From: Chiloscyllium plagiosum
Taxonomy: Eukaryota
Reading direction: 5' to 3'
Length of the DNA: 64,000 nt
NCBI RefSeq assembly: GCF_004010195.1
Contig: NC_057758.1
Span: 4,904,702 to 4,968,701, forward strand
The stretch's first letter is position 1. The number at the start of each line of letters is the position of its first letter. The translations under genes and the position numbers were made by a program. The notes beneath the pieces were generated by a model. It worked only from the letters and a program-made list of their open reading frames with translations. It was not told where the DNA came from and ran no database searches. Of the stretch, positions 1 to 12,109 are shown one piece after another.

Positions 1-1103
1 ACCTGCCACAGCCAATCCTGTCCCTGTTCTACCCATGTCTCCGTAATAGCCACACAACATCGAAATCCCAGGTACTAACCCACGCTGCAAGTTCACCTAC
101 CTTATTTCGTATCCTTCTTGCATTGAAGTATACACACTTCAAGTCACTTTCCTGTTTACAGGCACCCTCCTTTGAAATTGATTCCATGTTCCTAACCTCC
201 CTACACTCCAGTTCCTGCACCCTAAAGCTACAGTCTGGGTTCCCATGTCCCTGCAGAGTTAGTTTAACCTCCCAAGAAGAGCACTAGCAAACCTCCCACC
301 AAGGATACTGGTGCCCCTCAGGTTCAGGTGCAGACCATCCTGTTTATAGAGGTCCCACCTTCCCCAGAAAGAACCCCAGTTATCCAAATACCGGAATCCC
401 TCCCTCCTGCACCATCCCTGTTGCCACGCATTTAACTGTTCTCTCTCCCTATTCCTCGACTCTCTATCACGTGGCACGGGTAACAAACCAGAGACAACAA
501 CTCTGTTCGTTCTAACTTTGAGCTTCCAACCTAGCTCCCTGAAAGCCTGCCGAACATCCTCAGTGCTCCTCCTACCTATTTCATTGGTGCCAATATGGAC
601 CACGACTTCGGGCTGCTCCCCCTCCTCCTTAAGGATCCGGAAAACACGATCAGAGACATCACGAACCCTTGGACCTGGGAGGCAACATACCAAACGTGAG
701 TCTCTCTCGTTCCCTCAAAACTGCCTATCTGTGCCCGGAACTAGCGAGTCCCCAATTACTATTGCTCTGCTCTTCTCCACCCTTCCCTTCTGAGTAACGG
801 GGACAGGCTCCGTGCCAGAGGCCTGAGCCCCGTTACTTACCCCGGGTAGGTCCCCCCCCCACAAGTATCCAAAACGGTATACTTGTTCTTGAGGGGAACG
901 GCCGTAGGGGGTCCCTGCACTGGCTACTTCCTCCCAGTCCCCCTCACTGTCACCCATCTATCTGCCATCTTTGGAGTTACTACTTCCCTAAAGCTCCGAT
1001 CTATGACCCCCTCTGCCTCCTGAATGATCCTAAGTTCATCCAACCCCAGCTCCAGTTCCCGAACACGGTATTGGAGGAGCTGGAGATGGGTGCACTTCCT
1101 GCA
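1..1103 (-). mobile_element. CR1-clade LINE, 5' part: ORF1 (Zn-finger/leucine zipper + SGNH esterase) and start of ORF2 APE endonuclease; decayed, runs off window start
   Basis: Minus strand gives CRKCTHLQLLQYRVRELELGLDELRII (~1103-1020). ORFs 715..957 and 259..693 carry SGNH blocks (VIGDSLV, VVHIGTNE, DGLHLN). ORF 29..220 has the APE start LKCVYFNARRIRNKVGEL. Confidence 0.9.
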
Positions 1104-1214
1104 AGTTCTCCAGCTCCTGTCATGCTACCTGACCTGCTGTTCTTTTCCAGCACCACTCTCTCCAGAACGAGATGTGGGTTTGTTTATAAAACACTTCAGA
1201 GGATCACATTTCCC

Positions 1215-1645
1215 CACACACTAACCTGGAGGAAGAATTCCTCTTGTTCCACCTTGGCACCCTGCAAACACACGGGAGTAACGCGAATTTCACCAGGTTA
1301 CTCAATTTCCCTTTCACCACCTGTTATCTCAGTCACAATCCTCCAACTCAACATCACTCTCTTGATCTGTCCATTAGCTTTTCGAACTATTAACTCCACC
1401 CTTCTCTCTGACCTATTTCTTGCCACCTTCATCTGCCTGTTGCATTCTCAGCTACCTTTCCCCAAGCCACACACTCCGTCTCTTTGTCTCTCAGCCCGAT
1501 TGCCCAACAAGCCTCATTCCTGATGAAGGACGAACACCGTGAAGTTCGACTTCACTGTTCCACAGATGCTGTCTGACCTGCTCTGCTTTTCCAGCACCTC
1601 GCTGTCAACTCGGATCCCCAGCATCTGCTGCCTTCACGTTCTCCC
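1215..1645 (+). mobile_element. Penelope-like element (family 1) 3' end: GIY-YIG C-terminus, pyrimidine-rich 3' UTR, decayed hammerhead motif and tail
   Basis: From 1223 it translates NLEEEFLLFHLGTLQTHGSNANF, resembling the PLE endonuclease C-terminus. CTGATGA lies at ~1520, followed by the same terminal sequence (gatgct..tgacctgct..ttttccagca..ccagcatctgc) seen at 4.8, 21.3 and 41.6 kb. Confidence 0.7.
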
Positions 1646-2247
1646 ACAACTGGTTGTTAGGACTGGAGATCTGATCCAGTGGGTGTGGAATGACAGAGCT
1701 CGGCATTGTTTTACGCGCCTGTGCTCCTCCCACTATTAAGCTTGCATGTATTTCTTTATTATGTCTTCAGCAAGATCATCCCTCATTCCTCATGTGCACT
1801 TGGTGCTGCTCTTGACATCCTCTTCATTTAAGCACTGTCGCTGGGAAATAGCGATTGAAGTGAATACCTAGGCCATGAAGTTATCAATAACGTTGAAGTT
1901 CTTTTCATTTTTCTTCAATTGGCGCGACCTGTATCTCTGTTGTGACCAGCATCCTTTGCACAGCCCTAGCTCTCTTTGAGAAGGTGACGGTGAGCTAACT
2001 TCTTGCCCAACTGCAGTCTCATCTTCAGTTGTTCTTGGCCACAGTGTGCCATGGATGCCGAGGTTTGGAGCTGCCCGCTTCGTTTGAAATAACTTTTATC
2101 GACGTCGAGAACACCACCGAATGGCCCAAAGTGCTATACAGCAACTGCTAAAATAAACGCACACGGATCCCTAGAATGGGGCAAGAGATCAGACATTTCC
2201 CCCATCTGTCTTGTTTAAAGACACAGAATGAAGGGGAGAGATACAGA

Positions 2248-2255
<8 letters not shown>

Positions 2256-2287
<32 letters not shown>

Positions 2288-2316
2288 GATAAAACAAGAG
2301 ACAGGGTGAGAGAGAG
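2256..2316. repeat. (GA)n microsatellite
   Basis: Directly visible gagagaga run with a degenerate continuation. Confidence 0.9.
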
Positions 2317-4176
2317 ATGGACTTAGATAGTGCAGGCTGGCAACAAGGACAACACTTCAACTGGAATTCGTTGCCTGAACATTACACTGACACATTCCGA
2401 CCCTGGGAAAGTGAGATAGAAAATGATCTTAGCTCCCTTTCATCCCACCATTTCCTCCCCAAGAACGCTTTGCATCTCTCTCGATCAACATTTCCAACTG
2501 TCGCCATAGTTCAAGCAATATAATTTCGATTTTCCAAACGGCCTCTTCTGTACTGCGTTATTCTTTCTTTCTATGATTCCATCTCGGTGTCTCATCAAAT
2601 CTTGTATTTACTTATGTCCCGACCTTTCTCATAATTCTGTCTGGCTTTTTCTCACTTCACTCATTTCTCTCTTTGATTCTCTCCTTCCTACCTGTCTCCA
2701 TTTTTCCCTCTCAATCTGTAGCTCTGCCTTACTCTGGTATCACCTTCTGTTTCTTCTCACTCATTTGCTGCTTTTCTGCATCTCTTTCTACCACTGTCTC
2801 TACATGTGTTCCAGTGTTCTTTTCTCTTCTTGATCGCATTCAAATCGTTTGCGTCATTACCATTCATCCACGTTCTTCTGTCACCATCTCTGCCTTGCTT
2901 CATGTTATCTCTCTGCATCTCTCTCTCACACTGCCTGATTTATTTGTCCAGAGTGTTAAACAGTATTGATTCTTCGTTGTTTTGTGGAATAACTGCTTCC
3001 AAATGGTCCTGCTTCTCGCTGCTCACCAATAGATTTTTTTACTTAAGTTGCAAGGAATGAACTATCACAGAACATGATACAGCAGCTCACTGTCTATCTG
3101 TTGGGACAATGCATAGATCTGAATGGCTGAATATCCGATCATCACCAGATTATATCCTTAATATTGTAAACTAACGTGCGTTGTATTTGTCGGTAATACC
3201 TGAAGAGAAGCTTCCCAGAGACAAGCATTGTGGCCATTATCGTTGGGAAACTGCAGACTTTGTTTTCAAGGGATGTGACTGATTCTTGATGAATCTTGCA
3301 TTTGTAAAGCGACCCATTTAACCCGGTCTTGTTCACTAGTTTAACGGTACTGCAGCCTCCATTCGTTTTGTGGGATCCAATACATTTCCGGACCTAAAGT
3401 CTGAGCTAGATATAAGCACAACGAAGAGAGATAGCACAAAAGAACATTAAAAACATGGGTTCCGTGCACTAAACGCAGTTATGAAGGTATTAACGTGTTG
3501 CACATTTCTCCTTGTCCAGGAAAATTATTGGTGGATCCAACCACACGATGATATTGAACAAAGGTGAGCAAGATGGACTGTTTCCCGCTCGAAATTGAGA
3601 GAGAACCAAGCGGTGTGGAATCAGGCACGATTTTAAATGATTGGAAATGCAAAATACTTGAGTTGAAAAAGTTGTTTATTCCTCAAAGCACAGACGTTTG
3701 TACTGGAATTGCTGTCTTGAAGTTTTTAAAAGAGGCATTTAATGGAGATTTGAACAGAATGGATATGCAAGGTGCGAGCGAAATCCAACGAGCTTGCTGT
3801 TCAATTATGAATCTCTTTCAAACAGCCAATTCAAAAAGTTCGGATCGAACGACCTCCTGGAGTACAGCCAGATTTTTTGTGAGTTCGTGGACCATATGCC
3901 AAGCATACAGCAAGGCTTTGGGCTAAAAGCAGAACGTGGTGGTATTTGTCTGAGTGTGGCTTCGAGGATCACTGAAGTCAATGGAGACCATGGGAACCAA
4001 TTGTATTTGTCACAGATCAAAGCAGTAGTCACTCCAGAGGTCTGATCATTTCAGCCCAGGATATCCACAGAATGGTGCCCTCTGCACAGTTGCATTTATA
4101 TCCTTCCACAGTGACCTTGAATGCTTGATGTTTAAAATGTCACACTTGATATAAGTAAGAGTAAATGAAGTTCCTT

Positions 4177-4259
4177 GGATTATGCCTGAGCTGCTGTGCT
4201 ATTCCAGCACCACACTCGAGACTCTAATCTCGACAATTTGCAGTCTTCACTTTCTCCTA
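4177..4259 (+). mobile_element. PLE family 1 terminal-repeat/tail remnant
   Basis: tgcctgagctgctgtgctattccagcaccacactcgagactctaatctcgacaatttgcagtcttcactttctcc matches the terminus at 4810-4891 and 21330-21415. Confidence 0.6.
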
Positions 4260-4672
4260 AACTTGCAAATTGCAGACCTGTTCGCTTGATATCAAGAATG
4301 GGAAGACTGATGGGAGCCAAAGTACGAAATAAGTTAAAATATACACCTAAAAGATTGAAAACAGACAGTATGGGAGGTAGACGATTCACAGATCGGAGAC
4401 AGTCTGAAGTGGTGGTTCCAGGCATAACTGCCTGAATCCTTATTGATTTTAATTCCTGAGAGAATCATTGAGAGATAGTTAATGAGAGTAAAATCCCTCA
4501 ATTCAGAAATGGCATTGATTAGGACCAATAGTGAATTGCGAAGATTCTAAGCAACGTCAGATGAACATTAACAGAATAAATCTCCAGCAGCATGTAAAAT
4601 CTTTTTCAGGAGTTTTTTTCTGAAAAACAAATTTGTTCTGAAACTCACATACTGGGGTGGTTGCAATATTTC

Positions 4673-4891
4673 ATCGAAAAGTGCAGGGCTGGAAAGGTAA
4701 GCTGGTCAGGCCGCATTCGAGGAGCAGGAGGGGCGACGTTTTGGGAATTAGCTCTTCAGCAGGAATTCCTGATGAACGCCATATGCCCGAAATATCGACT
4801 TCCTGCTCCTCAGATGCTACTTGACTGGCTGTTCTTTTCGCGAACCACACTCTTCGTCTCTGATCTCCAGCATTTGCAGTCCTAACTTTCT
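4673..4891 (+). mobile_element. Older PLE family 1 mini-element: head-to-head inverted terminal repeats plus tail, with decayed hammerhead motif
   Basis: Imperfect palindrome centred on aggaattcct (4761-4770). CTGATGA at 4769-4775, GAAA at 4789-4792, and an unpaired tail at ~4858-4891. Confidence 0.75.
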
Positions 4892-5189
4892 GCTTGATAC
4901 AGCATTGCCAAGCACGCGTATTCATTAACTGAAGGTACTGCGTGTTCTTATAAATGGAAACTGGGCTCTGACCATCTCAGTATCCCGCCAAGAGGATTAG
5001 CTGAAGATTTGGAGAGCACGGCTCTTGTTGCTTGTGTTTCTGGTGCTGGAACATCCCATCGAATCTAAATGTGGATTAAGAGGACGCTTTCTCTATGGGG
5101 GTAAGTGAGCTTTTCCGTCTCCAATCTGACGAGCCACTCCGACAGACGGGAGGAATTGATGGACCTGAAACGTCATTCAGATGAATCAG

Positions 5190-5447
5190 AGATTAGATTA
5201 CTTACAATGAGGAAACAGGCCCTTCGACCCGCCGAAGCGCCACCCACCCTGCCCCATTCCCCCTACATTTATCCCTTGACTTAACACTACGGGCAATTTA
5301 GCATGGCCTATTCACCTAACCTGCACATTTTTGGACTGGATGAGGAAACTCCCACGCAGACACGGGGAGAATGTGCAAACTCCACACAGTCAGTCGCCGG
5401 AGGCGGGAATTGAACCCAGGTCTCTGGCGCTTTGCCAACCGTGCCGC
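5190..5447 (-). mobile_element. HE1/V-SINE-type tRNA-derived SINE (internally deleted)
   Basis: Reverse complement of the SINE at 56640-56960, with B-box GGTTCAATTCC and a (TAATC)n tail. Confidence 0.85.
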
Positions 5448-6315
5448 ACACAAAGATGTCCCCAAGTTTGAATCGACTGACTTAACGTAGTTCTCAAAGA
5501 TGTCTGCCCCTTAACGAAGACTCTCAGTTTAAGGTTGCTACTAAATTTACTAAAAAAGAATCCTCACTTTTGTACATTGGTTTCAGTTACCGAGGAATGA
5601 TTTTCCTTTATCTTCAACTTTCTACGTACATCTAAGTTTTTGTTTCTAAGGATAGTTCTGGTCCGATTGTTCATTTGTTATGCCAAAAGCAGAGCACAGA
5701 GCTCAGTCCCTTGCTCCACCTCCCCTGTTTCGATTACAGAAGAATGCCAGTGAACATTCCCTGACTGAATTGTCGATAATAGACTACAGTGAAGTACAGT
5801 GTACAGACCATGTCTCGATCTTCCCTATGAGATCACGCTGGGAGTACAGCGTACAGGCCCGATCTCTATCTCCCCTGCTCAGACCACACTGGGAGAACAC
5901 TGCACACTTCCTGTCATACTTTCCTTTTCCCAAACACACTTGAAGCACCGTGCTTAATGCCTGTCTACTTATACTCTGAAATTGCTTTCCTTTCAGGGGC
6001 GATCTTTGGATGCGACAGAATTCCTGGGAGCTGTAGACAGGGGCCTTGTCGGAGAAATGAGTACATAGTCCCTAATAAATGTTTCTGGTTTTATAAATGC
6101 TGCGTGGTCAGATGATGAAAGACTGGGAGTTGTCACTGTCGACTGCGACGTCACCACTCCCACAACAGCTCCAAATATTGACAGTGTCAGTCTTCATGAT
6201 ATGACATTCATTGCGAATTGTGTTAATTAAAATCACTTAATAAATTTCTAACTGGTCTCAACGTTTTATTCTGACCTTTCAATAGTGGAGAGCCGTCTCT
6301 GAGCTCGCAATCAGG

Positions 6316-6523
6316 CACTCCCTTAGCACTGATCCCCTGATTGTGCGAGATTCCTGAGCACGGACCCTCCAATACTGCAGGAACCCATCAGCGCTAACCC
6401 TCCAATCGTGTGTAGATACCTCAGCAGTAACTGTTCAACAGCCTGGTACTCCCTCCCAACTGACACTCTGACAGTACAGAGCTCTGACAGCACTGATCTT
6501 CTGAGAGTGCGTACCTCCTTCAG
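6316..6523 (+). repeat. Degenerate ~32-bp minisatellite, ~6.5 units (consensus approx. CACTCCCTCAGCACTGACCCTCCGACAGTGCG)
   Basis: Repeated units visible by eye: cactcccttagcactgatcccctgattgtgcg / ttcctgagcacggaccctccaatactgcag / cccatcagcgctaaccctccaatcgtg / tactccctcccaactgacactctgacagtacag. Confidence 0.6.
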
Positions 6524-6840
6524 GTGAGCTAGGTATGAATATTTTGGAGACAGCAAGAGCAGTGCGCAGTGGGCCTTTGTGTGCATAGATTCTTGGTTAT
6601 AAACGTCAGTTGTGAAGATTGGAACACATTTCTCCATAGATGTGCGATGGATTGAGCGTGGGTAGGGTAGGGAGGGATTTTCTCGTGGTTGAAGTAACCA
6701 CAATTTGACGAGGCAGCTAAAGTGTAAAGACCAGGATAAACTATTTCCGACTCGTAAATGATCAGTGACCCAGAGGATGTCCGGCCAGGCACTCATTAAA
6801 AGTGATTAGAAAATACAATGAACAGCGACACTGTTCATTG

Positions 6841-7157
6841 AGGCAGCACAGTGGCTCAGTTTCTCGCACTGCTGCCTCACAGCGCCAAGGACCTGAGTTC
6901 AGTTTTATAATTGGGCGAATGTCTATGTGGACTTTCCACATTCTTCCCGGGTCAGCGTGAGATTCCTCTGGATGCTCCTGTTTCCTCCCACAATTCAAAG
7001 ATGTGCAAGTTAGTTGAATTGCCCGTTTTGAATTGCCCATAGTGTTCAGGGATAATTGCACAATAATGGGACAGGGTGGGCGGGTACCTATTCAGAGGGT
7101 CGGAGTGGACTTGCTGGGCTGAAGGGCCTGTTTTCACACTGTAGGGATTCCATTATT
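6841..7157 (+). mobile_element. HE1/V-SINE-type SINE, older copy
   Basis: tRNA-like head (ggcagcacagtggctcagt..gcactgctgcctcacagcgcc), central core, and CR1-like 3' end (gaagggcctgttttcacactgtagggattc). Confidence 0.8.
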
Positions 7158-7639
7158 TAAAAAAAAGAAGTCAGAAACGAATCAGTTTCTTAACAACAGA
7201 GTTTTCTAATGCATTGGAGTTTCATTGACCCCCGGATGCCTTAAGATTCTCAAATCCAAAATTCAGTCAAATGACGCCTGACTTTGAAGGGCAGTCACTT
7301 TCACCTTACCTCTTGTGCTTCCCCTTATTATGTCGAAATTTGGACTGAAGCTGTCATGAATTTAAGGCCAGGAACCAAGGCGAATAATTCTGAATTGACA
7401 ACAAACACTTGCCTTCGAAGTGATACTTCTTGAGAGAGAAAATATACCTTTAGTTTGCTTCTGAAGCAAGAGGCCATGACAAGATTTCAGATCCTATACA
7501 TTTTCCGGAGAAGATTCACAGTTCAATCAACACCATTTGCATTTTGTAGCAGACGTATAAACTGGGTGGGGGTTGAAAGAGCACTGAAAGTTAAATATAT
7601 TTGTGGGGTTCGCACTGTCTAAGCTAATTTGGAAGACAA

Positions 7640-8280
7640 CAGGTGGATGCAGGTGGCAGCTTATTGTGAAAGGTCGTGGGAGAGGGTGTAATGGATAACT
7701 GGGAAGGAAGATGAACAGGTATAATAAGTCAAGATGTCAGTATCGAGTTGGGAGCATTGGGTCTGGCATAAGGTGGAAGGTTGGCAGATTTGAAAACTAG
7801 TGAAGTTGTTGATTTTGTGTGGTTGAACGGTGCCACGTTGGAAGACCAGGCGTTGTTCTTGTTGGGTCGTTTATATTTCGTGGTCAGGGAGGCCCTGGAC
7901 TTGCTTGTCCTTGGAGGAATGTGAGGGGCAGTTGACGTGTTCCACCATTGTTTGGTAGGTTTGTTTGGTGCATGTCTTCCTGAGATGTTCCCTGAAAAGC
8001 TCCGGGAGTTGGCATCCTGTTGCAATGTCGAGAAGACCACATCAATTGCAACGGACACAGTATATGAGATGGATGGATGTGAAAAGATCATTTGGGGCCT
8101 TGAACGGAGTTGATGGGGATGGCAAAACACCTCTTATGGCAGCAAAATGAAAGTTCCTGTTGTTGAGGGTGGGTTGATGGAGGGCGTGGACCTAACATGT
8201 GAGACGCCGAGGGAATGGTCTCTGTGAAACACAGATAGGGATGGGTAGATAAATATACCTCTGGCGGTGAGGTACAATTA
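7640..8280 (-). mobile_element. Penelope-like element fragment (decayed GIY-YIG endonuclease)
   Basis: Minus strand reads LIYCVRCN*CGLLDIATGCQLPELFREHL (IYC..YIG pattern), then PSHSSKD and EQRLVF..GT.QPH.IN, homologous to the fragment at 1223. Confidence 0.7.
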
Positions 8281-8284
8281 CAGG

Positions 8285-9330
8285 TGGCAGAGATTTAAAA
8301 TGGACCTCAGGAGCAGCATTTTCATACAGGTGGCCATGCGTGTATGGAATATGCTGATGGAGCAAGTGGTGGTGGCTGGCGCAATTATAATATTTTAAAG
8401 GTACCTTGATGGGTACGTGAATAGGAGTGGTTTAGAGGCATATTGGCCAAATGCTGACAAATATGACTAGATTAATTTAGGATATCTGATTGTCATGGAC
8501 GAGTTGGAACCAAGGGACATTTTCTTTGCCAAATATCTTTCTGACTCTCTTACAGTAAGTGTAAAATCATTGACTTTGGGAGGTAGATGCAAGAGGAATT
8601 AATACAGTAACTGGCAGAACCCTGAGGAGCATTGATGCGCAAATGATTCTTAGGATACAAATTTATTGCTGCCTGAAAGTGACAAAAAAAAACAGATAAG
8701 TGGCAAAGAAGACATGTGAATTGGTAGCCTTCATCAGTCAGGACGTTGAGTGTAAAAGCTGGCAAATTATGCGGCAGCTGTAAAAAAACAAAACGTTTGG
8801 TCACAGTTGTCGTGTTGTGAACATTTGTTTTTACCGCAGCACAAGAAAAATATGGAGGCCTCGGCGAGGGTGCAAAAAGCGTTTCAAAGATGCTGTCTGG
8901 ACTTGAGTGCATTTGTCATGAGTCAAAGTTAAATAAACTTAGAACGTTTTCACGAGAGTTTTAGAGGGAACGTTGTGACTTGACAGAGGTCTATAAAATT
9001 ACGAGTGGCATGAACAGACTGAATTGCACGGTTTTGTTCACGGGGTAAAATTATCAGATGTAAGGATTAAGATGAGAAGGGGAATCATTAACGGAGTTAT
9101 CTCAGGTAAGATATTTTCTTCATGCAAAAGGATGGCAAGTGCTTGTAGCAAGCGACCAGCTGGTGTGGACGTGTTAAAAACAGGTACGATAGCAACGTTT
9201 CAGAGTGATTTGGGCAGAAACATGAGTACGCAGGAAATAGAGGTGTTCTGTACATGTTCAGACGAATTGGGTCAGTTTAGAAACGCAGCATATGTCTGAA
9301 CAGACAAGATTGCTGTACTGCTCTATGTTT
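8285..9330 (+). mobile_element. Two old CR1 3'-end fragments
   Basis: Degenerate CR1 C-terminal/3' UTR sequence (tgtatggaat..gtggtggtggctgg; gagtgtaaaagctggcaaattatgcggcagctgtaa; ctgtactgctctatgtt). Confidence 0.55.
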
Positions 9331-9593
9331 GAAATCATAATGGTAGAATATGTGGATAAGAGTTGGAGAGCGAGAATTTAAGTGGTCAGTTGGAGTGTGA
9401 GATAGAGAGGGAGATGAAGAAGAGGGAAGCGTAAACATGAACAAAGATAGACAGAGAGAGGAGAGCTCAAGAACGTTTCAGAGGAAGTGATGACAGCAAA
9501 AATGAATGATCTGTAGACCCTCCACCAGCATCTTTTGGAGCCCCAAAAATCTTTCAGAGTGCTGTGCACATAATGACTTGTATTTACAACTCT

Positions 9594-9923
9594 NNNNNNN
9601 NNNNNNNNNNNNNNNNNNNNNNNNNNNNNNNNNNNNNNNNNNNNNNNNNNNNNNNNNNNNNNNNNNNNNNNNNNNNNNNNNNNNNNNNNNNNNNNNNNNN
9701 NNNNNNNNNNNNNNNNNNNNNNNNNNNNNNNNNNNNNNNNNNNNNNNNNNNNNNNNNNNNNNNNNNNNNNNNNNNNNNNNNNNNNNNNNNNNNNNNNNNN
9801 NNNNNNNNNNNNNNNNNNNNNNNNNNNNNNNNNNNNNNNNNNNNNNNNNNNNNNNNNNNNNNNNNNNNNNNNNNNNNNNNNNNNNNNNNNNNNNNNNNNN
9901 NNNNNNNNNNNNNNNNNNNNNNN
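9594..9923. other. Assembly gap (330 N)
   Basis: N run. Confidence 1.
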
Positions 9924-10321
9924 CTACTCCCCTTTTGGAACATATGCACATCGTTTGCTATCCTCAAATCTTCTGGCACTATTCCTGTCGGAATGACGAC
10001 ATAAATCACAAAGTCAAAAGTTCTGCAATTTTCCCCCCAGCGTCCCAGGGAATCTTAGGATAAATCCCACCCGGTACAGGAGACGTATCTATTACTACAC
10101 ATTTCAGAATTGCTAACACGTCCTCCTTATGAATATCAATCCCGTCTAGTCTGATCGCCTGGATCTGAATATATTCCTCAGCAACATTGTAATTGTCAGT
10201 GTGAATACGACTGAAAAATGATCGTTTAGCACTTTGCCTGTCTCATCGGAATTGACACAAAACGTCCCAATACTAATGTTGACTGGTTTGAATATTACTC
10301 TAGTCATTCATTTATTCCTGA
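9924..10321 (-). mobile_element. Old CR1 ORF2 fragment
   Basis: Minus-strand TGIVPEDLRIANDVHMFQKG (CR1 VPEDWRIANV.PLFKKG motif). Confidence 0.7.
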
Positions 10322-12109
10322 AATGTCCCATGAACGTCACCTTTCTTTCGCAAATTCTGATTTCTTTAAGTTTATTACAGCTTTTGCTTCGTGTAATCGT
10401 TCAAACAGCTCTGCCAGCTGTACCATATAATCTTGATGTATCCATGTTGGGGCGATAATTACAGAGACGTCTTTCGCTTTCCCCAATTAAGGTATCTGCC
10501 AATAACTACATCATAAGTCCAAGACTGTGATGAAACTGGTTTGTCCAATATTCTCTACACACTCTTCCAGCCTGGATGTTGGTTATGAGTTCGATTTTGT
10601 TCTGGCATTGATCATCCGATAATCATCACAAAATCATTGGTTCTCTCCAATTTTGGGAACTGACATGATCGATGAACTCCACACGCTCTGACTCGGTAAG
10701 ATCATATATTCGTTGAGCATCAGACCCACTTCATCTCTGTCTTTGAAACGATGAAGGCTGTAGTCGTTTTGTTGCATTGGAACATCACTCCCTACGTGTA
10801 CCTCATGCACAAAATCATCTTATTCCTGCATATGTCCTCATTGTGCTGTAACCACCCTTTCAGCTGCGTTCTTTGCCCAGGAGGCAGACAGTTTCTGAAA
10901 CCACGCTACTCCACAAGGACTTCATCATTGCTTAACGTAGTTTGAGGCTTATCACATCCCGCTTTGATTCGTCAATTCTGCGTGGCAGTAACACAGACCT
11001 GTTTCTCCATCTCCTATTCTCTGTTATAATAAGGATTCAAAACATTCACATGACATGTCCTTATAATTATCATTTTCTATCTGGTATCTTTGCCGGATAG
11101 GTAACCTCACTCAACATTTACTCAATTTCATAGGGACGACTGAACCTGACAATACTGTTAAGTCATGCTCACGGGAAAGCGTGCGAATGCCAGCGTTTTT
11201 ATCTGCAACCTGCTTCATTCTATGTTATTCGCTCTTAAGATGCTGTTTAGCTATCTCACTTATTCGACTTAAGCACTGCCTCATCTCTGATACGTACTCC
11301 AAGGGTAAGACCTCCGAATTTAGTCTCGTGAATTTCAAAATATTTCATTTCAAAAGGCGTCGAACGTCATGTTCGAATATCACCTCAAATGGAGTGAATT
11401 GAGTAGGTTCATTTTGGGACATCTCTAAAGGCAAGCAACATAAATGGGTAGGTTTATCGCAATCCTTCAGGTTATCCTGATAATACACTCTTAACATGGT
11501 CTTCAGGGGCTGACGCGACGTTTTGAAATTTCACTGGGACTCAGGTCAATACGCAATTGATTTAAAGTATTGTATACGCCAGACATTCATGATTTCCTTA
11601 AAGAGCTTAGCATTAATCAGTCTTGGTCTGATTGAATGGATCTGAGTCGCCCGCCCAGCGTGAAGAAATCTACTAACACCTCCACCACACTTTTTGCCTC
11701 AATATTCCATAATGGAAATACCTTCAGAAATCTAATAGACACATCCATTACGATTAGTAAGTCATGGCTCCCATGTTCGGTTATTGGAAGGGGACCCACA
11801 CAATCAATCAAAGGTGCTGGTTTTATTACTGCTGTGTCTTACCTACCATTTGGCATTTACAACACGTACAAAAAATGTTAACCACATCCTTGTTCTTCTC
11901 AGGGCAATTGAAATGCTGTTGTAAATTAGCCTGACTCCTCCGTACACCTACGTGGCCTCCTACTCGAAGTTCATGTGCGACAAGTAGCACTTAATCTCTG
12001 TACGCTATACTGGCATACAGTCTGTTGCACTTCTTCCTGTTTTTCGACTGCACTAACCTGCCGTTGTTTCTAATTTCGTCTGAGGATTCACCCTTTAAGA
12101 TAATAACAC
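10322..12109 (-). mobile_element. Gmr1-like Gypsy LTR retrotransposon, 3' part: integrase followed by RT (decayed)
   Basis: HHCC zinc domain AHELRVGGHVG..CTCCKCQMVG (~11990-11840). Integrase core IDCVGPLP..IQSDQ (11811-11617). GPY/F-like RFSRPYEI (~11145). Then RT CVENIGQTSFITVLDL*CSYWQIP (~10560-10490) and LAELFERLHEAKAVINLKKSEF (~10420-10350). Confidence 0.85.

Noticed and set aside
259..957. SGNH/GDSL esterase ORFs as a host gene
   Set aside because: They are flanked by the CR1 ORF1 zinc-finger/zipper and the ORF2 endonuclease start; this is the ORF1 esterase domain.
2560..3060. Hydrophobic ORFs suggesting membrane proteins
   Set aside because: They are translations of CT-rich low-complexity sequence with no family motifs or splice support.
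6316..6523. CRISPR-like array
   Set aside because: The units are contiguous with no unique spacers, there are no cas genes, and the context is vertebrate.
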